A stretch of DNA of 64,000 bases, taken from assembly GCF_006345805.1 (NCBI RefSeq), contig NC_043000.1, positions 73,222,001-73,286,000 on the forward strand, read 5' to 3'. Below, piece by piece: positions 24,831 through 37,518 of the stretch. Origin of the DNA: Octopus sinensis (taxonomy: Eukaryota). How positions within the stretch are numbered: position 1 is the first letter of the stretch; each line of letters opens with the position of its first letter. Both the position numbers and the translations under genes were made by a program. The notes beneath the pieces are model-generated. The model worked only from the letters and a program-made list of their open reading frames with translations, did no database searches and had not been told where the DNA came from.

Positions 24831-25399
24831 TTATCTAATTCAGGCTTCTTGTTGGCTGAGTCTCATCATCCTGCTAGTCCTTGCTTCTTCAACACTTGTT
24901 GAAGTAGGTGTTGTTTTTCTTTTCTTTTTGTGCTTCCAGTCTGGTGAGTTGGCAAGTATCTCAATCCTGATTGCCTTATTTCCACAGTCTCACCCAGAGT
25001 CCACTGCCTCAAATGTTCCCCTGTCACCAACAATTCTCTGGTGGCACTCCACTTCCTACCTCTGTGAATTTCAATGCCAGCTTCTGCTACTTACATGTCA
25101 CTACTGAGAAGCCACTGAATGGAGTAATAGGTTGACTTGTACAGAGCAACACTACTTAGGCTCCCTGGTAAGCTAAGCCACCTCCTCAAAAACTGCTGAA
25201 CTTCCTCAGCATGGTTTCCACAGTTGACAAGCTGACATCAGCTGATAACAGGGGCCACAAAATTCTGGGCAGTATGATATGCTGATATACCCAATCTTTT
25301 AAGCAACAAGATTTGTCAGCCTTAATAAGCCAATACAGTTCTATATTTAAGAGATGAGAAATTACATACATTATTTACATTATAAGTGATGGTAGCTAC

Positions 25400-26810
25400 A
25401 ACGAAGTAAAGAAAGACCTAACTCTAAAAACAGAGAGGAAGTTGTCACAGATCTTGATCAAGAACAAGGATCACTTTACACCAATGAAGTACAGACAACT
25501 GACTCAACACTACAGTAAATTACCACACAAGTATGGTCTCCCTAAGATTCACAAGGATAGTATTCTATTAAGACCTATAGTGCGCTGTAGAGGTTCAGCG
25601 TGTCATCCACTGAGCACCTTCCTTGTGGATATAATCAGTCCATTAGCTGGAAAGTCAACATTGTATGTGAAGAATTCCACCCACTTCACAGAATTGATCG
25701 AGGATACTCCCCAGTGAATCCCAGATGGTGAGTCTAGATGTGATAAGCCTGTTCACCAAAGTCCCAACTGGTGAAGCACTATTGGTGATTCAAGAAAAAC
25801 TGGTGACAGACACCCATCTAAGAGAACGCACTAGTATACCAATAAGAAACTTGATGGAAATGTTGAACTTCTGTGTAGAAACTACCTACTTCAATATGGA
25901 CACTGATATATATCGACAAGAAGAGGGTTTAGCTATGAGTTTGCCATTATCAGCAATAATAGCCAATATATACATGGAAAACTTTGAGAATTTGGCTTTA
26001 GGATCAACACCACTAAAACTAACCCTATGGCTACGATATGTTGATGACACCTTTATACTCTGGCTCCACTAGGAAGATGTCCAAGTGCTGTTAGATCATG
26101 CGAACTCTATAAAGTTATCCATACAATTCACAATGCAAAAGGAAAAAGACAATCAGCTGGCATTCCTGGACGTATCAATAACATGCACCAAGTATGGATT
26201 CAGGACAGCCGTATACCACAAGCCAACCTTCCCTGGACGATACCTCAACTTCATTCCCATCATCCATACAGTGTAAATGGAGGGATTGTTCAGTGCCTAA
26301 AACATCGAGCAAAGAATATAAGTAGCAATCGTGATATCCACCATGAAGAAATTATCAAGCTCAGTAACAATCTATTAAGCAACAGCTTCTCCGGAAACAT
26401 ACTCTCCACTCCAATTATGAAGAAAAGAGAGGATGAAACCAATAAACTGTCCACAGTCTGTCTACTCTATGTGAAAGGTCTCTCGGAGAAGATACAAAAG
26501 ATATGCAGCCCATATGACATCAGGACAGTATTCAAAAGTAATACAACACTTCGCAAATATCTCCTTCGAGTAAAACCACCCATAGAAGAGAATATGACCA
26601 AGAAACTGTGTGTACTCCATCCCATGCAGCTGTGGTAGGTTATACAAAGGTGAAACATGCTGCCCCCTCAAAATAAGGGTAGAGGAACATCGAAAATCTG
26701 TGACACAGAGAGATATTGATAAATTGGATATAACTGATTATGTATGGAAAAATGGAGACCCCCTCCCTGCAGGATGAAGTTAAAATACGAAAATTAAAAG
26801 AAGCAGCACA
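25400..26810 (+). pseudogene. Penelope-like element: RT plus GIY-YIG endonuclease, with stops and frameshifts
   Basis: YGLPKIHK..LRPIV; SLDVISLFTKVP; EGLAMSLPLS; WLRYVDDTF; FLDVSI...VYHKPT; CVYSIPCSCG-LYKGET. Confidence 0.9.
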
Positions 26811-26879
26811 TGTGGCCTTGGGTTGCCATGGAAACAGGGTCACATACTCAATGACCTCAAATCATTAAGTTTAGATATA

Positions 26880-28064
26880 GGGGCTATCTTTGAAACCAGA
26901 CTCTCTGACTGACAGACATTCATGTCCTCTTTTAGTGGATACAAGATTTATTTATCATTATGTCAACCAGGATTGTGGGGTGGAACAGTGGTGTTTTTCC
27001 AGAGTGGTCTAGATCTGAAAATAAGGACTATCTCTTTGGACCCAGAAGGTAAATTGGTGGTCCTGGATGAGAGCAGTAGTAATGGGGGTGCCTTTAGACC
27101 GGTGGCTGTTTATGCTTTGACAGGGGCATGCCAGCCAGATCTCTTCAGCCATCTGGAAATTTTCCTGTGACTATCTCAACCTTTAGTACTAATAGACGAT
27201 TGGAACACCATCTTGGATGCATGTTTGGATTGTGTGGGGCTAGCTGTTAGAAGAGGAAGTGGTGCAAAAATCTTGCAAACCTGTTCAGACGTTTTCAATT
27301 GTCTAACAGGTGCTGACTGGATTTCCCCAACGTGCCAGTGTGGACATAGACAAACACATCAGGTCATCAAATTTATATCTAGATAGAGTATTCTGTAGGC
27401 TGGTAGATAAGGATAGTATAAGTTGTTCCCTTTTTATAATTGTCACCTACACAGACCACAAGTTTGTGATCTGCACAGTTTACCTAGATATACTTCATAG
27501 GCCTGGTTACTGGAAGCTGAATGCATCACTCCCAGCATGCCAAGTTTCAGAGATTAACGAATTAGTCAAGTGGGCATTAACGGGTTTAATAATGAGCAAC
27601 AGAAGTTTATTGCCCTGATAAGGGCAATTAGAGTAGAATCAATTAGGTTTAGTAAAGCATTAGCAATAGAAAGGAACAGAATAGAGGAAAACTTAGAAAC
27701 TTAGAAGAGATGCTTAGGAAAAGCATCACAACTGACATACTGGCAGCAAGATTGGCTCTGAATCAATTCTTTAACACTAAGCATGAAGGATGGATTGTCA
27801 GAGCTAAGGTGTGTGCTGTAAGAAACAAGGGAACAAAAGCCACTTGATGGGCTCAAATGGAAGAGGTGCTACATGACAATAAAACCACAATTCTGTCTTC
27901 GGTGGACCAAAATGAGTGTACAGTACTCAAAGCCCAAGTAGATGTATGCAGCAATTCAGCAGCACATCACCCAGCTGTTTGGAACAATTGGCACCCTGGA
28001 ACACAGGATGGTCTTCAGTGCCTACCTCAGTGGTATGTTACAACTTGCAACATAGGAGCAGAGC
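26880..28064 (+). mobile_element. Tx1/L1-like LINE, 5' part (AP endonuclease region), interrupted by Gypsy element 2
   Basis: GTVVFF...DPEGKLVVLD...VAVYA; YLDRVF...TDHKFV...GYWKLNAS. Confidence 0.7.
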
Positions 28065-28393
28065 TGTGGTGTGAACGATGAAAGAGGACAACAGAAAAAA
28101 GGAGAATGGAAATATAATTAGGCCTTACCTCGGCGAAGATTAGTCTACCGAAAACTCAGCGAAGTTCAGATCTCTCTCAGCCAGCTCGATACGTCTTGTG
28201 CCTTCGTCATCTCAGCCGCAACTGCTGCTTCCTCGATGCCACACGTGCGTCGTCCCTCGCCGCTTCCGCTTCCTACTGCGCATGCGCCCTGCAAGCCCTA
28301 CTTCCGCCCTCCCCTATCTGTCATCCTCTCCATGCGCCCTGCAAGCCCTACTTCCGCCCTCCCCTATCTGTCATCCTCTCCACCGACACCACA
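28065..28393 (-). repeat. 3' LTR of Gypsy 2 (329 bp, includes a 50-bp tandem duplication at 28281-28380)
   Basis: TGTGGTGT...ACACCACA terminal inverted repeat; matches 32055-32333. Confidence 0.95.
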
Positions 28394-28513
28394 CGCCCCC
28401 CTGATCTACAGATCACTGAACCGACTTTTTCACTCGCTGCCCGCTCCCGAACTCGCACCTTAAATGGTTTCATAATCAGCCAACCAGGAAGGAGGGTGCC
28501 GTTCCCTCTGTGG

Positions 28514-31300
28514 TCACAGTGCAACCCTAGGACTTGTTCCTGGTATGTTGCTGCTGGCCTCATCATCCTGTCTACTGGTGTTGTTTTCATCTTGCCCACT
28601 GCTGCTGGTCCCATCCTCTGAGGCATGGACAATCCTCCGTGTATCCAAAACGTGGCGTGGCATACCATCGACCGAGATGTTATTCTTTGAATTTACAGAG
28701 GTTATTGTCCCCTTTCCCCATTGTGATGTACACCGTGCGTTTGGGGGTTTTACCCAGACTTCCTCCCCGACCTGCACGAAGGAGTGCTCTTCCTCTGCCC
28801 TGGGTCGCATTGATGTAGTACACGGATGCCTCCACTCGTACCTGAATATTGCCCTGTGTGGCACCGACTCCTCAGCCTGTCCTGATCTGGGCGACATATT
28901 GTACCAAAACACGGCCTTGATTGGTGAAATGTGACCCCTCTCTGCCATGGCCTTGATGGTACGATGATGCCTTTCCACCACCCCATTTCCACTTGGCCAG
29001 TATGCCGCCCTGAAGAAGCGGTTGACCTTCCACTCATCAAGCATTTCTTTCAGCACATCTGAGCGAAATGCAGTGCCATTGTCCAGAAGCAGTTCACCCA
29101 CGGGGCCTCGTTCCAGGAATATCTCATTCAACACTTTTACAATTTCTTCTGCGGTCCCCGTCTTCATCTCCCTCCATATGGCCAACCGCCCTGGTCCGCA
29201 GTCAACCATTGAGAGGTATGTCCCCTGCCGGTAGTGTGTTATGTCCACCGCCAGTCGTTTCCAGTCCTGGTCCACTGGAATACTTCCCGCTTCATGTATG
29301 ACCGGAGCAGGGTCGATGGACTGGCACCTGTCACAACTGCTAACCACTCTCTGCATGCTCTGTCTTGTTACATTGGAGTCAACTTTTCTGGCTAGGAACA
29401 ATGTCCTGTCCACACCCATGTGATGCATGGTGTGCAGTCTCTGCAACTCCAAGTCGCTCAGATGGCATACTGCAGCTACAGCCTGCTTCGCATCCTCTGG
29501 CACCTGCAACCAGGCTCGCTTTACTCTGGTCAGGACGTCTGCCCTGTTCTTCTTGGAAGGCACAAAGATCACGCTCAGCTTCAGATTGAACTCAGTGGTT
29601 AGTTCACGCAGTATTCCCAATCGACGCTTTACCAGCATCTCTGCAGCCCCTTTGATGCGCACCCTCTGCTCATCGGTGATGACTGCTGTCACCCAACCAA
29701 GTACAGTGGCCGAATCAGTCCTGATTTCTATGGTGTGCAACCCCCACTTCAAGGCTAGGTTCACCCCCTTCAACACGGCATCCAACTCTGCCACGTTGAT
29801 ATGATTGCAGTCATCCGTCTTCCTGAGCCAGGCTGCATCTTCCACCATGACACCTCCCACTTCTAAAACAACCCCTATTGCGATGCTACTGGCGTCACAC
29901 CATACGATCCCGCTCTTTGATTTGGGAACATACCAGCTGCCCCTCACTGGGTCCTCTGCTCCTACTGTGACCAAGACTTCCTGCATCATATCGATCGTCC
30001 TCTCCCCCACTCTATCATTCCACTTCACTCCTTCGGCTCGTCTCTTGATGAAGCTACATGCTGTTCAGAGCCAACCTGCAATCGGGTAATGTCCCACCAG
30101 CTTCCCACACACAGAGAACAGTTCCCGTCTACTCATGCTGGCGCCCAGTTCAGGGACCTCATTCCCTCGCCGGAACACCAACACGCCGGCCTTGTCTCCC
30201 CATAGCTTGAGGCCCAGTGCAGCACCTCCCTCCATTGCTTCTGGCGGCTTGGCGATCAGTCCAAAACTCTTCAGGTGGCCTATGACCTCCATTGCTGGTA
30301 TCACGGTTTCATCCACCAGAATGTCATCGATGTACGAATTGGTGGCCCTTTTTACTCTGTCCACCTTCCCCAGGATAGCCTTGAGAATTGTTGCCATAAT
30401 CTTTGGCGCTGAATTCAGCCTGAATCCCAACCTGGTCAGACAGTACGTCCGGCCCTTATACCTGATGAGCTGGTACTTCCATAATTTCTCAGCCACATGC
30501 ACCTGTAGGTATGCCGACTTCAAATCAACAATCGTGGAGGCCCCCGTTATCTGCCTCCACTCTCGCAATGTGTCTCTGCAGACATCCATGGCCTCGCCGC
30601 CTGTATGACACGACACGTGGTCATTCAGCTCTCGGAAGTCAAGCACTGGCCTGACCTTATGCTTTGTGGGCTGTATCACTGCCATCAGTGGCAGGACTCC
30701 GCTCTCTTCTTTTTCCCAAGGGATCAATATGCCCTCCTTAATCCACCGCTCCACCTCCCCCTCGAACTCGCTTCTGGCATCTCCTTTTAGAGTATGCTGA
30801 TAGCAGCCCACTTTATTCTTTAACATCGGGGGCTCTCCCTTCCAGTGCCACTCCACTGTCCACCTCTTGCCATCAAAGACAGCCCGAAAATCCTGGTCTT
30901 CAATGGTGTGCACAGCATCCTTTTCCTCATGGTTGTCGCCGGTGCATGGTCTCGCCCTACACAGTTTCCCCGCTAACCCAAACGTTACACCAGCCTCATT
31001 AACGGTGACACCTCCCAAGCGGGTGATTGCATCCATCCCCATCACCACGTCAATCTCGTCCACCAAGTGACCAACCACAATCACTCGCAACGTCAGCTGT
31101 AGTCCCTGCACTACAATCTGCGCATCTGTAACCCCTTCGCAGTGTACTTCTCTTCCGTCGACAGCCCTAACACTGCTTCCTCCACTCCACGTCTCTGCCA
31201 CTTCTGTAGTCATCAGGGTCGTTGTACAGCCCGTGTCCACAAGGGCTCGTGACATCTTCCCCTCCACCAGAATGTCGACCACAGGTAGCGATGATAAACA
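28514..31300 (-). pseudogene. pol: Gypsy 2 pol (protease, RT, RNase H, integrase) with an in-frame TGA near 30065
   Basis: ALVDTGC; RPVLDFRELN, VDLKSAYLQ, SYIDDILV; WCDASSIAIGVVL, ELDAVLKG; AVDITH, LLDNGTAF, NGVVERHHRTIK. Confidence 0.93.
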
Positions 31301-31305
31301 CGCCT

Positions 31306-32014
31306 CTACTGATCAAAAGGGACAACTACCAGCGCAGTAGTCTCCCGCAGTCCGTTTCCCCGCAGACACTCACTGGCTATATGTCCCGGCTCTCGACACC
31401 GGTAGCAAATCACCTCAGGCTTGAGTGACATGCAGTCACGCACCATGTGTGGACCTTGGCACTGGAAACACTGTCCTTTGAACGGTCGCACATGTTCTTT
31501 CTTTAGCCCCTCTCCGCTGCTCCTAGCTGGGCCACTTTTCGACGTTGCAGTCGCTGCTACCGACGTCATCCTGCTGCATGTTCGGAAGCTTCTGTAGCTC
31601 GACCGACATGTTGTCGGGAAAGCCAGTCACGAACGCCAACCTAACCGTCCTGTCCAGCGACTCTCCCTCGTAACCCGCCAGTTTAGCCAGTCTTCTAAGT
31701 TCATTGGCAAACACGTCCACCTGTTGCCCAGTCCATCTCGTTCTACCCAGGCAAGTGTATACCTCGAACATTCCCTCTGCAAAGGCCTCCATCAACCGGA
31801 TTTCTACTTTCTCCACGCTGAGTTGGTCCATCTCCTCCATCTCTAAATACAACGCCAACGCCGGGCCATCCAAGTACAGCGGCATGAAGCTCGCCAGGTC
31901 ACCTATACCATGGAGCTTCGCCACCAACTTCACTTTCTTCAACCAAGCGACCACATCTGTGTCGCCGCAAAACAGTGTTATAAGTTTGTGCGAAACACGG
32001 GCACTCTTCATCAT
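31306..32014 (-). pseudogene. gag: Gypsy 2 gag with two zinc knuckles; internal frameshift/deletion near 31565
   Basis: ORFs 31523-32014 and 31306-31569; CFQCQGPHMVRDC and CYRCREPGHIASEC. Confidence 0.88.
31319..31360 (-). promoter_or_regulatory. -1 ribosomal frameshift signal (G GGA AAC, 7-nt spacer, stem-loop)
   Basis: The heptamer is in the gag codon phase and pol lies in the -1 frame. The stem is GGGA/UCCC plus GACUAC/GUAGUU. Confidence 0.7.
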
Positions 32015-32054
32015 TTTTATTTATAAAACCGATTGTTTATATGCCAAAATAGCT

Positions 32055-32333
32055 TGTGGTGTGAACGATGAAAGAGGACAACAGAAAAAAGGAGAATGGA
32101 AATATAATTAGGCCTTACCTCGGTGAAGATTAGTCTACCGAAAACTCAGCGAAGTTCAGATCTCTCTCAGCCAGCTCGATACGTCTTGTGCCTTTGTCGT
32201 CTCAGCCGCAACTGCTGCTTCCTCGATGCCACATGTGCGTCGTCCCTCGCCGCTTCTGCTTCCTACCGTGCATGTGCCCTGCAAGCCCTACTTCCGCCCT
32301 CCCCTATCTGTCATCCTCTCCACCGACACCACA
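32055..32333 (-). repeat. 5' LTR of Gypsy 2 (279 bp)
   Basis: Eight substitutions relative to the 3' LTR, otherwise identical apart from the 50-bp duplication. Confidence 0.95.
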
Positions 32334-33110
32334 GTGTAAGGCCAATAACAGCCATGGAAATATGAGATGCACAGGAGATGCAGATGGAGGATGATGGGCC
32401 ATGGAAATATGGGTTGCATGGGGAGCAAATCACATGGTTTGGATGGTCTTCCCTACAAGCTTTAATTTCATATGCCAGACTTATTTGGTGGCCTTTTAGT
32501 AGATATCTACTGCAACTGGTAGCAGAATGGAAGAATTCTTAGTTCTGTAAGTTGAGGAGTGGTGGCTCTGCTGAGAAAGGGCCCAAACAAGGGGTATCAA
32601 ATAAAAATTTTTAGGCCCATAACACTGCTGAATGCAGATTTCAAAATTTTGGCCAAGGTGTTAGCAAAGAAGTTGGTGCTTGTTGAGGAACTGATTGGTG
32701 AAGCACAATCCCAAGCAGATCCATCCATGACATCCTCCACCTCATGTGATACATCATAGACAGGAGTCCTGATCAATTTGGATCAATTTAAAACCTTCGA
32801 TAGAGTTAACCCCCAATACTTGACAGCCATCCTCACGGTAGCCAGCTTTGGTCCCATTTTCTGTGGCTTGATTGCTGCAATGTACAATGACATTTATTTG
32901 ATAATTCAGGTGAATTGTTACCTATTAGAATCATTCAGCATCATGTGCTTGGTCTTTCAAGTTTGCCTCCTCTTGTTTCTTCTGTATGAACTGGCTCTAG
33001 AGCCACTACTATGGAAATTGGAGGCATCCCATGTGAACCACCACATCAGCATACACAGATGATGTCACTGTCATAGTGTCAAACATCAAGCACATACGCC
33101 TGGTTGGCAT
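32334..33110 (+). mobile_element. Tx1/L1-like LINE, continuation (RT region)
   Basis: PITAMEI..., LDGLPY, FRPITLLNADFKILAKVL, DQFKTFDRV, LYELALEPLL. The reading continues the fragment left of 28065. Confidence 0.75.
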
Positions 33111-34639
33111 TGCTTTAAAGAAATATGAGACTGATAGATACTGGAACTGAGACTTACATAGTCAACCTACAGAAAGTGCCATCTTCACTACTTAGTTTTC
33201 TTCTTTGGATTCCTCCCAGGGCTGATAGTCTCTTTCTTTCACTATTTTGTGTCTAATTCAGGCATTAGACTCCTTTCTTCTCTGACATTTTTTCTTCATC
33301 AAAGTAAAATTTGTCTTCATCTAGGCTATTGTTTCTTTTTTGAGGTTTCATTGGCCCCTCTACCATTCCATGTTCTTGTTCTACTCATTTTTTTTCTTGC
33401 TCAATGTAGTCATGTTTACATTCTTTGATTATTAAGAAGACCTCCAGTTTCAAGTGCAATAACCAATGTCTTTTCACAATTAGATTTTTCTGACCTAGAA
33501 GTCTTTGATAGGGAACATGTCTTTCTCTATCCATATTACTATAACTATTATTATTACTATTCAGTGAAAGGGTAGTGAATGCCATCAGAGTGGTGATCTC
33601 ATGGTGATCTCATATCAAGATAAACAGCACATGATCTTGCAGGTGGGGGCCCAGTTAGAATTTTCTTCAGGTTGAGTAGCCCATCCCATTCAAAAGGTCC
33701 CTGAATAAGATTTGTTTAAAGATGATGAACAAAACACCCATGTTTCCAGAGGTGAATTATTCAAACCCCAAAGAAAGCCACTCAACACATGGCTATAATG
33801 TTCCCCCACTACTTCTGCTCAGAGATGCACATATCGTCAGCCATCAAGGGATATGCTCAACTGGTTAAGATCAAGCAACTGACAAGCAAATCTGTGGTAT
33901 TGAGCAGAATATTTGCTGTAGCCCATCTTTTATACCAAGACAAAACAATGCACATGATAACACTTCCAATCAGTTAAGATCGAAAGCCATGAGGGTCACT
34001 GCCTGATACTGCATCAGGGCATTTATTTATATTACTGGTCTATCTGAACAGCAATATTAGTAACAAGTTGAAGTTCACTGTTGTTGCTGTTAACTGTAAG
34101 GAGTCAAAGATTTTCTTTGATTCAATAGACATGCAATCAGACATTTTATCCATGACCAACTCCAGGTGAGGGTAACACAAGAATCCTATAAAACAGTAAA
34201 AACAATTTTGCAATAAGATAACGGGGATTTCACACCAGCTACAGGACCACACATTTTAGGGTTGAACGTGTATGGCCTATAATTGGTTTGGAAAATAAGT
34301 CTGCATAATAAACAACTAGGGCTCCCAGTGCATAAGCACTCACAGAACTGAATGATCTCATAGATTTTGCTGTGTTCAGTAGGTTTTGATTGAGTGGAGT
34401 GGTAATACAAATTTCAAAAGGCTTAAATCTTAGAGTAAGGATGATCTTTCTGTTGGTGTACATGAGGAGCAGTCAGTGCATTGCCCTGAGGTTGGCAGCT
34501 GTTTTTACCTGGATGAAAGCCTGGTAATCAATTGAGATACAGCTTCTAGATAAAAACTTGGTTAGTGAAGGTTTATAATGTCAATTCTAGCACAGAGAGC
34601 CAGTTTAGCCAGCTAGTTAAGTGAGATTTGACAGATGCC

Positions 34640-35250
34640 ATCATCTATATAAATAAAGTGAAATTCTATTGGTCTGGAACACCTGTATCTCAGTCTACAT
34701 TTGCTCTACATAGACATATTATACCTTTTTGGAATCTGGATGATCCTGGGATTGCAAATCTGACCTTCATTTGGTTTTTGAACATCCAGTATTGGGATCT
34801 GATGTAAGAGCATTTGGGCTGCTATTTCTAGCAGGTAAGGTGGCCGTGAGAGGTTTCAAACGGTTTATAAGAGTTACCTCTCTTGGCTATAAAAATAAAT
34901 GCAACATTCTGTATTAGAAAACTGACCAAAGCTTTTTTAAATTTAATACCAAAACTTTGTGACCGCTACCTCTGTTGCCTACAATAACACAATTAACAAG
35001 CATCAAGTATAATCACTGACCATGGGAAAAGCACTGCTGCATGAGGTGAACTCATGCAGCAGTGTTTTCCCATGGTCAGCTCTATGCTGGTTGTTCAAGA
35101 GTTGGAAATGGCAACAATTTCTACATACTAACACCAAATGGTAAAACCAAGAATGTTCTTCATCCTGCTGCTTCACTGTGAAGTCCAAATGTCACAGTGG
35201 TACAAAATTCTCCAAATGTGATACTCTGTGACATAAATCTAAGATAGGAT
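34640..35250 (+). mobile_element. Degenerate Helitron with Pif1-helicase C-terminal fragment
   Basis: 5' TCTATATAAATAAAG at about 34643. 35062-35170 reads (C)FPHGQLYAGCSRVG...YILTPNGKTKNV, resembling the Helitron FSHGQLYVA.SRV motif. Confidence 0.6.
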
Positions 35251-35468
35251 ACCAATAAATGTTTTATTATTATTGCTCTCTTTAGTTTTGGGTTGAAGGA
35301 CCAATTAACCCTCCACAGGAGCTATCTTAAAAGTCAGCACAGAGTGCAGCTTTTAAGCTAGTAATTAATGAATGGAAGTTGAAAATAAAACTAAAATAGA
35401 ATTACTTAACTTTTAGCAAATGACTTTTATTCAAAACTGGTAGTTTAGAATGAAATATAATAAACAGA

Positions 35469-36347
35469 CTAGCTTAAGGTGACCTGCTCTATGCGTGGGT
35501 AAGAGTGTGGTTGTTACTTTCTGTTGCTTCCTTTCTGTTTTTTATCACCACATTCTCCCTCTTTGTTTCTCTCTCCTTTCTCTCTCACTTTCCCACTCTC
35601 TTACTCTTCCTTTCTCTCGGACTTTCCCTTGCTTTCTCTTACTCTCTATCTTTCTTTATCTATCTCTCCCCCATTTATAAACAACAAAAGATCTTGAGTA
35701 AGTTGAGAAAGAAAGTAGTTTGAAAGATCAATCATAAATATCAGGCAGTAACAACGGAAAGGTCTGCTTCAAAGCAGACAGCAAAACACTAACATTTAAA
35801 AGGGACAGACGAACTTGTGAGCTGAAAAAAAATATTGGAAACCAAAGTTTGAAGGGATAAAGTCTGAGGATAGTAGAGTCACCATGGCTGTTATTTCTTA
35901 ACGACAGACAGCAACGTAGTGGCAGTTTAATGGCGGACCTAAAATTTTGAACTTGATGTAAAAGAAAATTCCTAAACACCAAGTTTTGAAGTGATTCTTT
36001 CTCATGACAGTATACTCACCATGGCAAGCATTCAAAACTTCTTCATCATGGATGGCAACATGGATGATTTAAAGGCTGGCGCAAATTTTTTAGCAAAGAG
36101 AATTCCTAAACACCCTCTCCTGTAAATTTTAATCCCTTTCCAGCCCCATTTAGACCCCTTTTCACATTTTGGTTAATATAACCCGATTTCATTCAGGTCT
36201 ACTTGGGCCACATTTTATAAGATAAGGAATTTTGCCCTAGAGGTCACGCCTTTCATTTGAGGAAAAAAATAGTTGCCATGCAAACTCGCCAGTTTGTGTG
36301 CATATGTGTGCATATTTTCAGCTCAACCGACCACATAATGCACACAT

Positions 36348-36387
<40 letters not shown>

Positions 36388-37518
36388 CATTATATATATA
36401 AATGTATACAAATTATGTGAAGACCTGTTGAGACAAGTGAAAATCAAAATCAAAATCAAAATCAAAATCAAAATCTTTCAACATCAATGGAAATTGCAGC
36501 TGAGATACCAGTGCCAGTGGCACGTAAGAGAACCGTCCGAACATGGCCGTTGCCAGCGCCGCCCCAAATGGCCTCCGTGCCGGTGGCACGAAAAAGCATC
36601 ATCCGATTGTGGCCGTTGCCGGCCTCGTCTGGCCCCTGTGCTGGTGGCACGTAAAAAGCACCATCCGATCATGGCCGTTTGCCAGCCTCGTCTGGCACCT
36701 GTGCAGGTGGCACATAAAAAGCACCTACTACACTCTCGGAGTGGTTAGCGTTATGAAGGGCATCCAGCTGTAGAAACACTGCCAGATCAGACTGGGCCTG
36801 GCGCAGCCTCCTGGCTTCCCAGACCCCAGTTGAACCGTCCAACCCATGCTAGCATGGAAAACGGACGTTAAACGATGATGATGATGATGATGATGATGAT
36901 ATATATATATATATATAAATACAGATATATACATTTTGTATATATACATATTTATATATAGAACACACACACACACATATATAAATTAATCCAATAAATA
37001 TCTGATTCATAATATTTGTTCTCATGATTGTGTGGTGGTGGTGGCGATGATAATTCTCTCTATGAATGCAGACAGATCTTGAGTAAGTTGAGAAAGAAAA
37101 TATTTTTACGCTTTTTAAACCCTTCATCGTTATTCTCATTCACTCGTTATTACTTTCTCCCTTCCTTTCACATTCTCTCTATAACGTTATAGAGAGAAAG
37201 TGAAGGGAGGGGAGGTGGACGCTGTGAAACGACGTTATAGATAGAAAGTCAAAGGAAGGGAGGAAAGAGAGTGAGAGATGGAGAAAGACAGACACATAAA
37301 AGAATGAGAGTAGACTTGTCAAAGTGTGCGTTTTTGGCCCTAGCAACAACACCTTTTAAGATGGGTATTTCTAACATAGCTCACTTGCATCCTCACCTCA
37401 TTTTACATGTCCCTGTAAATTTTGGAGTCAATCCAACGGGATCTAGTGGCCTTTAACCCGTTCTCAATGCCAAAAACCAGACAAACAAACTTTTTGCATT
37501 TCAGAATTATAATATAGA
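35469..37518 (-). mobile_element. Non-autonomous Helitron unit 1 (carries an RTE 3' UTR insertion and microsatellites)
   Basis: Minus-strand 5' end TCTATATTATAA at 37518; 3' end is a hairpin plus CTAG at 35469-35472. Confidence 0.55.
36420..36900 (+). mobile_element. RTE 3' UTR/SINE-like copy with (GAT)n tail
   Basis: aagacctgttgag...ggacgttaaacgatgatgatg, with several internal tandem units. Confidence 0.8.

Larger units (their letters stand above)
28065..32333 (-). mobile_element. Near full-length Ty3/Gypsy LTR retrotransposon 2
   Basis: Two LTRs, PPT (agatcaggggggcg) next to the 3' LTR, and gag-PR-RT-RH-IN order. Confidence 0.95.

Noticed and set aside
34030-34480. Possible hAT dimerisation-domain remnant
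   Set aside because: Similarity was too weak to distinguish from chance.
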